From the NCBI GenBank assembly GCA_050744865.1, contig JBOGHW010000015.1, positions 7,554 through 71,553 of the forward strand: DNA of 64,000 bases, written 5' to 3'. Shown here in pieces: positions 1 through 7,647 of this stretch. The position numbers were made by a program, and so were the translations under genes. The DNA comes from Acidimicrobiales bacterium. Lineage in GTDB: Bacteria > Actinomycetota > Acidimicrobiia > Acidimicrobiales > Bog-793. The notes beneath the pieces are model-generated. The model worked only from the letters and a program-made list of their open reading frames with translations. It was not told where the DNA came from and ran no database searches. The stretch's first letter is position 1. Every line of letters starts with the position of its first letter.

Positions 1-1122
1 ATCCTGTGGCACCAACCCGACACGTCTGACCGCTTCGCGCGGTGAGAGCGACGAAGGCTTGGTGCCCGCCACGACCACGTCACCGGACGTCGGGCGCCTG
101 AGGCCGGCAAGGTGAGACAGGAGGGTCGACTTACCGGCACCGTTTCTCCCCATGAGCGCCAGCACCTCGCCTACACGGATGTCGAGGTTGACGTCGAGGA
201 GGACAGGCGCACCCCCGAGTACGGAGGTGAGACGGTGGACCGAGGCGGCGCGCTCGCCCGTCGAGGGCAGGCTGCCATCGGGTGAGCCGAGCCGGCTGCG
301 GAGCGGCGCTGCTCGCAGGCGGGCGTCGCGCACAGACAGGGGTAGTGGCGACCAGCCGAGCAGGCGGCCAAGGCGGACGATCGGAGGGGCGATGCTCGAC
401 AGTGCCAGGACCTCAGGCGGTGGCCCGGCCAGCACCCTTGGAGTGGCGTCGGCGGCGACGCCCTTCCGGCTTCCCGGAAGCGACACGACCAAGTCGGCGG
501 CGTGCACTATGCGCTCCAGACGGTGCTCTGCCACAAGCACGGTGACTCCGTGGTCGTGCACGAGGCGCGAGAGCACCGCCAGTACCTCCTCTGCCGAGAC
601 AGGATCCAGGGACGAGGTCGGCTCGTCGAGGACCAGTATCCTCGGCGCTGCCGTCAGGGCGGCACCGATGGCGACGCGCTGGCGCTGGCCACCCGACAGC
701 GTGGCGATCGGGCGTTGCCGTAGAGGGTGCAGGTTGAGCACGTCGAGCACGTCCTCGACTCTCCGGCGCATCGCCGGCGGGTCGATGCCGAGGTTCTCCA
801 TCGAGTAAGCAAGCTCGTCCTCGACGACGTCGGCGACGAACGTCGCGTCCGGATCCTGGCCGACGTACCCGACGACGTCGGCAAGGTCCCGGGGGCGTGC
901 CTCGGCCGTGCTGCGCCCGTCGACGACGACCCGGCCCGCCAGCACGCCGCCGGAGAAGTGGGGGACGAGCCCGTTCACGCTCTTCAGGAGCGTGGACTTG
1001 CCCGAACCGGTCTCCCCGATGACAAGGGCGAGGTGGCCCTCCCCGATGTGCAGGTCGACGTCGGTCAGAGCTGGCTCGAGGCGGGCGGTGTAGGTGATGG
1101 TGACGTGGTCGAACGTGATCAC
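1..1122 (-). CDS. ECF/ABC transporter ATP-binding protein, fused double ATPase (EcfA1-EcfA2 type); 3' end runs off the window
   Basis: This frame is absent from the ORF track because it is open to the window edge. The reverse frame ending at 1122 reads VITFDHVTITYT. First Walker A is GETGSGKSTLLK (rc of 982-1017). ABC signature LSGGQRQRVAIG is rc of 658-699. Walker B ILVLDEPTSSLD is rc of 603-653. Second Walker A GRNGAGKSTL is rc of 121-150. The GTG start overlaps the TGA of the upstream gene (GTGA, 1119-1122). Confidence 0.85.
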   Translation of the reverse strand, partial: MITFDHVTITYTARLEPALTDVDLHIGEGHLALVIGETGSGKSTLLKSVNGLVPHFSGGVLAGRVVVDGRSTAEARPRDLADVVGYVGQDPDATFVADVVEDELAYSMENLGIDPPAMRRRVEDVLDVLNLHPLRQRPIATLSGGQRQRVAIGAALTAAPRILVLDEPTSSLDPVSAEEVLAVLSRLVHDHGVTVLVAEHRLERIVHAADLVVSLPGSRKGVAADATPRVLAGPPPEVLALSSIAPPIVRLGRLLGWSPLPLSVRDARLRAAPLRSRLGSPDGSLPSTGERAASVHRLTSVLGGAPVLLDVNLDIRVGEVLALMGRNGAGKSTLLSHLAGLRRPTSGDVVVAGTKPSSLSPREAVRRVGLVPQD

Positions 1123-2243
1123 GTGTCGGCCTCGGCAACCATAGGAAGACTGACGGCCGGGGCACTGCCTCCACCCGGTGCCGGCGCTGGCGCCGCCGCC
1201 AGCGGGAAGGCGGCAAGCAGGATGCCGAGGAAGGCGACAACCGGCACGGCCGGCATGGCCAGCGGGTACGACTGTTGTTGCAGGATGCCCGAATGGAGCG
1301 AGCTGACGATCAAGGTTCCTGCCAAGGCTGCTGCGCCGGAGCCGGCTGTCAGCCACTCCCTGCCCCCGAAGCGGTCGGGGCGATAGCGAGTCCGCCTGCT
1401 GTGCGACCGGGCGGCAATGCCGAGAGCGACGAGTACCGCCCCGAGCGCCAGGACTGGTAGCCCGAGCAGACTCGGAGCGCCACCGTCGAGGACCGAGAAG
1501 ACGCCGATGCCGATCCCGACTAGGCCTGCCAGCGACACGGCCGGCGCCACGCGTTGGCCTCGGGACGTTGCGGCGGCTGCACGGCCGAAGCCCCGAGCGT
1601 CCATCGAGGCCGCCAAGTCGATCGAGTGCTCCAGAGCGCCCGAGAGCACCGGCACCGCGATGCCCCGGAGGCCCCTCATGCCGCGCGTAGTGCGGCCCCG
1701 GAGACGGCGTGCCTCCCGGACGCGCCCGATCGATGCCACGACGGCCGGAGTGAAGGTCAGCGCGACGGTGACGGCGACGGCCACCTCGTATAGCGCAGCC
1801 GGCACGCATCGCAGCAAGCGAAACGGGCTCACCAGGGCCGAGGCAGCACCTACACAGGCGAGAATCGCCGCCAGCTGGAGACCGAGACAGGCAGCTGCGA
1901 CGATCGACTCGATGGTGACGGGTCCACCGAGGCTGACGCCGGCCATGAAGGAGGGCAGCGCTACCGACGGGAGGCTGAAAATGACATGGCCGGGCAGGCG
2001 CTGGCCGAAGACGATCTGGAAGGCGACCCGGATCACCACCACGACGCCGCCGAAGCGCAGGAGCACGCCGTACGAGCGCGCCCACGGACTGGACGAGCGC
2101 CGGTTGATCGTCACGACGGCTGCCACGATGATGATGAGCAAAAGCAGGATTGGATCTGTGGTGCGCGAGGCGGCTGCGGCGAGCGCGCCGGCCCAGAGCC
2201 ACCAAGCCGCCGGGTGAAGGGGCGAGAAACGTGGCCGCCTCAA
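1119..2243 (-). CDS. ecfT: ECF transporter transmembrane (T) component, EcfT/CbiQ family, with about 110 aa of extra C-terminal TM segments
   Basis: 374-aa polytopic protein. The N-terminus PLHPAAWWLWAG is typical of EcfT. The conserved coupling-helix region SMDARGFG is present. It sits 4 nt downstream of the preceding gene and shares a GTGA overlap with the ATPase gene. Confidence 0.85.
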   Translation of the reverse strand: MRRPRFSPLHPAAWWLWAGALAAAASRTTDPILLLLIIIVAAVVTINRRSSSPWARSYGVLLRFGGVVVVIRVAFQIVFGQRLPGHVIFSLPSVALPSFMAGVSLGGPVTIESIVAAACLGLQLAAILACVGAASALVSPFRLLRCVPAALYEVAVAVTVALTFTPAVVASIGRVREARRLRGRTTRGMRGLRGIAVPVLSGALEHSIDLAASMDARGFGRAAAATSRGQRVAPAVSLAGLVGIGIGVFSVLDGGAPSLLGLPVLALGAVLVALGIAARSHSRRTRYRPDRFGGREWLTAGSGAAALAGTLIVSSLHSGILQQQSYPLAMPAVPVVAFLGILLAAFPLAAAPAPAPGGGSAPAVSLPMVAEADT

Positions 2244-2247
2244 GCTG

Positions 2248-4278
2248 CTATCGCTCCACTCCCGGGGCCCGACGAGAACGAGCTACCGCGAACACGCCGC
2301 CAGCCACGATGAGGAGACAGGCGAGTGCCAAAAGGGCGTCTCGGCCGAGGTGCGAGCTCCCGGTTGGCGACACGGTGCCGGCGAGCCCGCTATTGGCGTG
2401 GCCGGACCCAGCAGCTGTCCTGTTGCCATTCGTCCCGGCGGACCGGCTGGAAGTCCCGGCTTGCTGCTCGGGCGGACCAGTTCCGCTCGACGAGCCTGGC
2501 TGCGTCGAGCCAGTTGCGGCCGACGACGGGCGCGTCGAGGTGGCAGTGCTGGGGGCCACCGAGCTTGACGTCGTCGTGGCACCAGGCCTCGGGGCGGTCG
2601 TCACCGGTGGAGTGGTGGTCGTCGTCGTCGTCGTCGTGGGCGCGGTCGACGTTGCTTCCAGGGCCGCCACAGACGAGGCAGCCCGCGGCGGTGGGTCGGA
2701 GGGAGTGGCCGATCCATCGGGCTCGAACCTCCAGCCCTCCACGTCCCCGGCCGAGACGCGGTTTTCGGCTGGGCCGTCGCTGGAGTAGGTCCACTTGCTC
2801 CCGCCGTGGAAGTACGCCCAGTAGGCGTAATGGCTCCCGCTCTGTGCCCCACAACCCGAGGTCGGGTAGCCGTCGATCCGGCACAGCAGCCCGCTGCTGC
2901 CGTACACCGGTTGCGCGGTGTGAAGTGCGGCCGCTCTGGCGGCCAGGACGTCCGAGCCGGTCGAGCCCTTCGCCACAGCCACGCACGTGACGTCGACCCT
3001 CGACGCGGCGGAGCCGAAGTCGACGACTATGGGGACCACGACCTGGCCGCTAGCCGGCTTGGGGACGCTGGGGCAGGTCTTCTCCATAGACGAGCTTTTC
3101 GCCTGAGCGGCCACCGGAGACGTCTTCTTGGTGCTCGAGCAGACAGGTGAAGGCAGCGTGCCGGAGAGCGTCCCTTTTCCGATCGGGTAGGCCTTTCCGC
3201 TGGCGGCCGGTATGGCCTGGATCGTCGCATAGAGGCTCGGGCCTTCCGACCGGGTGTAGTAGTAGGCGCCTCGCACGCCGGCGGGTGCGGCGCACCCGAG
3301 CTGGAAGTGCTTGAGAGCCACTTCGGGGGATGCGCCGTCGTGGCGACTGAAGGCCGGCGAGTCGAGTTGGCCGAGAGCCACCAGGGCCTGGATCACGACG
3401 GCAGTCGAGTCAGGGTCCACCGGCTGCGACTTCGCCACCTGGCCTATGTAACCCCAACCGCCGTCGGGATATTGGGACTTCTCGAGAAACGGGATCGGGC
3501 TCGTTCGCGGATCGGTCTTGCTGGCGACGAGCGCCTCGATGGCCAGGGCAGTCGAGTTGGTGTCGGCGCCCGCATACTCGGCGGGATCCTCTGCGGGGCA
3601 CCCTTTCGAGACGTCGGCGCGATAGGAGATCCAGCCTCCGTTGCTGCACTGCTGCCGCACGAGCCAGCCAGCGCCCGCAGCGTTCGGGTGCCCCGTCGCT
3701 ACCAGCGCCAGCAGCGACAGGCCCTCTGTGTATGCACTCGAGTAGGTGGGGCTGCTCGGCGAGCCGAAGAGGCCGGCGTTGCCGCCCTTGGCCTTCTCGG
3801 TGGCGAGCAGCCGCGCCACCAAGTTGTTGGCCGCCTTGTCACCGCCGAAGGCCGTCGGGCTAGCCCCGGTCGCCACGGCGGCCAGGATCACCTCGGCCAT
3901 GCGGCCGGGCAGCACGACGGACTGCGTCTTGGAGACGGGCTCGGACACGAACGAGTTGAAGTGGGCCTCCAGATAGGCCAGGCCGGCCTTGGCTTGTTTG
4001 CTCCCCGTCTCGGCCGCCACGAGCGCCGTTAGAGCCAGTGGGAGGTTGTCGAGTCCTGCCTCACCCTCGGCCTTCGGTAGGTTGCCATTGCTGAGGAACT
4101 GGCGCCCGAGCCAGCCGGCGGCGTCCTGGGTCAACGTTGGCGGCGCCCCCGCCGAGAACCGGGCCGGCGTTTGGCTGTTGGTGTTGGTGGCACTCGCCCA
4201 GGGGATCAGTCCCGGCGCGGCGAGGCCACACAGAAGCGCCAGCGGAGCGGCAACTGAGATCTTCCACTTGGTATGCAT
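2248..4278 (-). CDS. Secreted, C-terminally anchored protein: prenyltransferase/terpene-cyclase-like alpha/alpha toroid plus DUF4430 (transcobalamin-like C-terminal) domain, putative cobalamin-binding
   Basis: I place the start at ATG 4278 (MHTKWKISVAAPLALLCGLAAPGLIPWASA, a signal peptide), preceded by SD GGAGAGGG. There are two QxxxGGW-type repeats (QQCSNGGWISY, SQYPDGGWGY). A beta-rich module follows (YAYWAYFHGGSKWTYSSDGPAENRVSAGDVEGWRF). Then come a T/P/S-rich stalk (T9 run), VSPTG, a hydrophobic helix and an RSRR tail. It is the first gene after the cobalamin riboswitch. Confidence 0.7.
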   Translation of the reverse strand: MHTKWKISVAAPLALLCGLAAPGLIPWASATNTNSQTPARFSAGAPPTLTQDAAGWLGRQFLSNGNLPKAEGEAGLDNLPLALTALVAAETGSKQAKAGLAYLEAHFNSFVSEPVSKTQSVVLPGRMAEVILAAVATGASPTAFGGDKAANNLVARLLATEKAKGGNAGLFGSPSSPTYSSAYTEGLSLLALVATGHPNAAGAGWLVRQQCSNGGWISYRADVSKGCPAEDPAEYAGADTNSTALAIEALVASKTDPRTSPIPFLEKSQYPDGGWGYIGQVAKSQPVDPDSTAVVIQALVALGQLDSPAFSRHDGASPEVALKHFQLGCAAPAGVRGAYYYTRSEGPSLYATIQAIPAASGKAYPIGKGTLSGTLPSPVCSSTKKTSPVAAQAKSSSMEKTCPSVPKPASGQVVVPIVVDFGSAASRVDVTCVAVAKGSTGSDVLAARAAALHTAQPVYGSSGLLCRIDGYPTSGCGAQSGSHYAYWAYFHGGSKWTYSSDGPAENRVSAGDVEGWRFEPDGSATPSDPPPRAASSVAALEATSTAPTTTTTTTTTPPVTTAPRPGATTTSSSVAPSTATSTRPSSAATGSTQPGSSSGTGPPEQQAGTSSRSAGTNGNRTAAGSGHANSGLAGTVSPTGSSHLGRDALLALACLLIVAGGVFAVARSRRAPGVER

Positions 4279-4282
4279 GTAC

Positions 4283-4510
4283 AACCCTCTCCGGAACTGG
4301 GTCCGAGAGGGCATGGGCTATCCACGACACCGGATCCCAATCCCCGTTTTCCTCGACGGTGTAGGGCAAACGTCCCCGCCGAGCTTCCCGGCTCGTGTGG
4401 CCCCCATCGGGTTGCCACACCTACGGTTGCGGGCCAGCGCCGGACTTCGACCGGACTTCCCTCAGTCGGTGACGGGCGCCAACCGGGCGCCGCTACGAAA
4501 GTACCAGACA
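4283..4510 (-). promoter_or_regulatory. Cobalamin (B12) riboswitch with an SD-sequestering expression platform
   Basis: The reverse strand reads GGCGCCCGGUUGGCGCC (hairpin). It continues GAGGGAAGUCCGGUCGAAGUCCGGCGCUGGCCCGCAACCGUA, matching the conserved GGGAA...CCCGCxACxGU core. Next are the hairpin GUGUGGC...GCCACAC and a B12-box-like GAGCCGGGAAGCUCGGC. Downstream, CCCUCUCGGA-CCCAGU-UCCGGAGAGGG (4285-4311) pairs the SD GGAGAGGG, which lies 6 nt before ATG 4278. Confidence 0.7.
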
Positions 4511-4521
4511 CGGAGGCTGAC

Positions 4522-5019
4522 CTAAAGCTGTGGCTCGCCCGCCCGCTGGCGCAGCTCGCGAAGGAGCGGGAGTGTTGCGTGGTCTTTCGGGCGGCCGGCC
4601 GCTTGTTTCGAAGCGATGATGTCATCGAGTGACGCCAGTTTGAAGTGGACGCCAAGCGCCTCGCAGTCAGTCGATCGCTCCAGCCAGTCCTCGTAGCGGG
4701 AGATACCGGCCGGGTGAAAGGCGATGTCGAAGTCGCCGAAGCGCGTCACGAGGTTGAGGAGGCTCATCTGTCCCAGCGACGTGCCGTCGTGCTCGAAACG
4801 CAGACCATCAGGGATGCCGTCGACACGCACCCGGGCATCAAGCTCGTCGAGAGCCGCCGACAGGAGATCCAGGTTCCCGCGGGAACTCTCAGGTATGACG
4901 TCGACGTCGTATGTGACCGTCGGCGCCCCGTGTATGGTCGCCGCTAAGCCTCCGATGAGAACGGCACGCACCCCATGTCGTTCGAGCACCTCCAAGATCG
5001 CGTCGGGCCGGAACGTCAC
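4522..5019 (-). CDS. Minimal nucleotidyltransferase-fold protein (MNT/DUF2204-like)
   Basis: 165 aa. It carries the NTase signature GG-x(n)-DVDV (LIGGLAATIHGAPTVTYDVDVIP). The C-terminal LASLDDIIASKQAAGRPKDHATLPLL is typical of this family. Its ATG overlaps the stop of the upstream HTH gene (ATGA, 5016-5019). Confidence 0.65.
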   Translation of the reverse strand: MTFRPDAILEVLERHGVRAVLIGGLAATIHGAPTVTYDVDVIPESSRGNLDLLSAALDELDARVRVDGIPDGLRFEHDGTSLGQMSLLNLVTRFGDFDIAFHPAGISRYEDWLERSTDCEALGVHFKLASLDDIIASKQAAGRPKDHATLPLLRELRQRAGEPQL

Positions 5020-5330
5020 CGTCGGCCGGCTGCTCGAACGAACGCGACGAAGTCGATCAGTCGCTTCAAGCGTTGTGAGGCCGACATGGCGAGCGTGCTC
5101 TCCAACAGAGAAAGGTCATGTGGGTCGACTTCTCTCTCGGCCAGCAATCCGCTCAGCTCTGCGCCGCAGCTCTCTGCCGCCCGCGCCACGGCACAGAAGG
5201 AAGGATCCACCCTCCGGTTCTCCCACCGCGAAACTGCAGAGCCCGTCGTGCCCATTCGCCGCCCGAGCTCGGACTGCGACAAGCGGGCGCGCCGCCGAGC
5301 CCTGCTGATGAGGTCGCCGCCCTGAAGCAC
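5016..5330 (-). CDS. XRE-family helix-turn-helix transcriptional regulator
   Basis: 104 aa. The N-terminal HTH is ISRARRRARLSQSELGRRMGTTGSAVSRWENRRVDPS. It is translationally coupled to the downstream NTase gene. Confidence 0.8.
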   Translation of the reverse strand: MLQGGDLISRARRRARLSQSELGRRMGTTGSAVSRWENRRVDPSFCAVARAAESCGAELSGLLAEREVDPHDLSLLESTLAMSASQRLKRLIDFVAFVRAAGRR

Positions 5331-5368
5331 GAACTTAGCATATCTGCTACATCGTTGCCCGGTGTTCC

Positions 5369-5998
5369 CTACGTCACGCCGGGCGGCCGGAACTGCACGC
5401 TGATTCGCGGCCCTGCCGTCCGCACGGTCTTGGGGACGGCGTGCTCGAACGTTCGCTGGCAGGTGCCGCCCATCACGAACAGGTCGCCGTGCCCCAACTC
5501 GTAGCGCATGGCCGGCCCGCCTGACCGCGGCCTCAGCAGCAGCCTACGCGGAGCTCCGAGCGAAACGATCGCCACCAGCGTGTCCTCCACCGCGCCACGG
5601 CCGATCGTGTCCCCGTGCCACGCCACGCTGTCCCGCCCGTCGCGATACAGGCACAGTCCGGCTGTGGCCAAGGCGTCGCCCGGCGGTCCCGTCGCGTAGT
5701 GCTCGTTGAGCGCAGCCATGGCCACCTCGAGCAGCGAGTCCGGTAGACGGTCGCCCTCACCGTAGAAGGCCACCAGCCTCGGCACGTCCACGACTCTGTC
5801 GTACATACGCCGCCGCTCAGCTTTCCAGGCTACGGCCGGCAGCAACCTGTCGAACAGAGCGTCGGCGCCCGCAAGCCAGGTCGGGCGAAGATCGACCCAC
5901 GCACCGTGGCCGATCTCCGAATGTTCGACCGAGGAGCCCAACGGCCTGGGGCCAGGGCTGTCCATCATGTCGAGGAGTGTCGCTTGCATAACGGCCAT
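5369..5998 (-). CDS. alkB: Alpha-ketoglutarate/Fe(II)-dependent dioxygenase AlkB (alkylated DNA repair)
   Basis: 209 aa. Motifs are [11 protein letters not shown] (HxD), [23 protein letters not shown] and RISVQFR. Confidence 0.85.
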   Translation of the reverse strand: MAVMQATLLDMMDSPGPRPLGSSVEHSEIGHGAWVDLRPTWLAGADALFDRLLPAVAWKAERRRMYDRVVDVPRLVAFYGEGDRLPDSLLEVAMAALNEHYATGPPGDALATAGLCLYRDGRDSVAWHGDTIGRGAVEDTLVAIVSLGAPRRLLLRPRSGGPAMRYELGHGDLFVMGGTCQRTFEHAVPKTVRTAGPRISVQFRPPGVT

Positions 5999-6021
5999 CG
6001 AGGCTCAGCCTAGCAGCTATG

Positions 6022-6035
6022 CGAACGTATGTTCC
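6022..6035. promoter_or_regulatory. Candidate LexA/SOS box (GAAC-N4-GTTC) in the alkB/trpB2 divergent region
   Basis: The sequence is cGAACgtatGTTCc, a perfect match to the Gram-positive/actinobacterial SOS-box core. It lies 24-37 nt upstream of the alkB ATG (5998). Confidence 0.45.
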
Positions 6036-6162
6036 GACTGGTCATGGTCCCGCCCCGCCCCGCCCGCCCCGGCCGGGGCCAAAGCCGAAGCTGCTCTGGG
6101 AAGTCTCCTCCCACCTGCGCGATGATTCGCGGAGACATTCCTCCGAGCTAAGGAGTAGTCAG

Positions 6163-7434
6163 GTGCGCTGGACACTCCCTCCGAGCCAGGTACCCGAGGC
6201 CTGGTTCAACGTAGCCCCCCATCTCACGAGCCCGCTCGAACCGCCGCTGCATCCGGGCACCAAGCAGCCGGTAGGCCCGGACGACCTTGCGCCGCTCTTC
6301 CCGATGGCACTCATCGGCCAGGAGGTGTCGGCTGAGCCCTACATAGACATCCCTGGCGAGGTCATCGACGTCCTGCGGCTTTGGCGACCGACTCCCCTCG
6401 TGCGAGCGGAGCGTCTCGAGAAGGCACTCGGAACGCCGGCGAGGATCTACTTCAAGGACGAGTCGGTGTCGCCGGCCGGCTCCCACAAGCCCAACACTGC
6501 AGTGCCACAGGCCTTCTACAACAAGGCGGAGGGTACCAAGCGTCTCTCGACCGAGACTGGCGCCGGCCAGTGGGGGAGCGCCCTTGCCTTCGCGAGTGCC
6601 CTGTTCGGCTTGGAGTGCAAGGTCTACATGGTGCGCGCGTCCTACGGTCAAAAACCCTACCGCCGGGTGATGATGGAGACTTGGGGCGCCTCGGTCGTCC
6701 CATCACCGGTGGACGAGCCGGACCATCCCGGGTCGCTCGGCAAGGCGATCAGCGACGCCGTACGCGACGCCGCCACGCGGGAGGACACCCACTACTCGCT
6801 CGGTTCGGTGCTCAACCACGTCTTGCTGCATCAAACCGTCATCGGGCAGGAGGCCAAGGCACAGCTTGATGCCGCCGGCGAGCGCCTGCCGGACGTGGTC
6901 ATCGGCTGCTGCGGCGGAGGCTCGAACTTTGGGGGTATTGCCCTCCCGTTCGTCCCTGACTCCGGCGTACGCCTCGTAGCTGCAGAACCGACGGCGTGTG
7001 CCACACTGACCGCCGGCAGGTTCGACTACGACTTCGGGGACACTGCCGGCCTGACGCCGCTGCTGCCTATGTACACGCTCGGCCACGACTTCATTCCTCC
7101 GTCAATCCATGCCGGCGGCCTGCGCTACCACGGCGACGCCCCGCTCATCTGCAACCTCGTGAAGGCCGGTCGCGTCGAGGCCATTGCCTACCCGCAGTCG
7201 AAGGTCTTCGAGTCTGCAGTCGAGTTCGCCCGCTCGCAGGGGACGATCGCGGCGCCCGAGACCGCGCACGCCATCCGGGCCGTCATCGACGAGGCCCTGG
7301 CAGCCAAGGAGTCAGGCGAGGAGAGAGTCATCCTCTTCTCCTACTCAGGCCACGGGTTGCTCGACCTCGGCGCCTACGACGACTACCTGCACGGCCGCCT
7401 GGACTCCGACGGTGCCCCGGTGGCTCCTGCGTAG
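6163..7434 (+). CDS. trpB: TrpB-like pyridoxal-phosphate enzyme (tryptophan synthase beta chain, type 2)
   Basis: The start moves to GTG 6163, 8 nt after AAGGAG. The first 48 codons of the ORF-track model (from 6019) are Pro/Arg-rich and cover the SOS-like box. Motifs are [16 protein letters not shown] (PLP lysine region), [11 protein letters not shown] and GLRYHG. No trpA is adjacent. Confidence 0.85.
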   Translation: MRWTLPPSQVPEAWFNVAPHLTSPLEPPLHPGTKQPVGPDDLAPLFPMALIGQEVSAEPYIDIPGEVIDVLRLWRPTPLVRAERLEKALGTPARIYFKDESVSPAGSHKPNTAVPQAFYNKAEGTKRLSTETGAGQWGSALAFASALFGLECKVYMVRASYGQKPYRRVMMETWGASVVPSPVDEPDHPGSLGKAISDAVRDAATREDTHYSLGSVLNHVLLHQTVIGQEAKAQLDAAGERLPDVVIGCCGGGSNFGGIALPFVPDSGVRLVAAEPTACATLTAGRFDYDFGDTAGLTPLLPMYTLGHDFIPPSIHAGGLRYHGDAPLICNLVKAGRVEAIAYPQSKVFESAVEFARSQGTIAAPETAHAIRAVIDEALAAKESGEERVILFSYSGHGLLDLGAYDDYLHGRLDSDGAPVAPA

Positions 7435-7647
7435 CGGGTCCTGTAGCGGGTCCTGGCATCGGGCCGCCGTCACCGGCTGAATAAGGCACCAAGGCACCCC
7501 AGCCCGTCCGCGGGCAGCTGTGGGTTCGGCCTGGCTCCTCACGATGCCGCGGCCACACAACCCAGTTGCGATTGACGGCGCACGAGGTGCTTCCTATCGT
7601 TGCGACCGGCGCGTTTCGAGGTGCGAACGCGCCGGAGGGGACACGAC

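Noticed and set aside
413-1240. 275-aa minus-strand ORF and several plus-strand ORFs (152-808, 727-1386) covering the left end.
   Set aside because: They are Arg/Pro/Gly-rich shadow frames. The frame with Walker A, signature and Walker B motifs (1-1122, minus, open at the edge) is the real ABC ATPase gene.
4061-4655. Small ORFs (119-178 aa) on both strands across the riboswitch region.
   Set aside because: They overlap the conserved riboswitch structure and the 5' end of the surface-protein gene. Their composition is Arg/Pro-rich and they have no SD.
6019-6162. N-terminal 48 codons of the ORF-track trpB2 model, and similar extensions for 21095-21352, 24592-24990, 26112-26474, 41002-41184 and 55032-55148.
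   Set aside because: The extensions are Pro/Arg-rich and overlap neighbouring genes or regulatory DNA. They lack family homology. Internal starts with an SD or stop-start coupling fit better.
7432-7455. Direct repeat TAGCGGGTCCTG x2 after the trpB2 stop, and the bulged hairpin GCGCGTTTCG/CGAACGCGC (about 7608-7631) before the SD of the large secreted protein gene.
   Set aside because: Both are short and unsupported by any known motif. They may be a terminator remnant or leader structure, but I cannot distinguish them from chance in GC-rich DNA.
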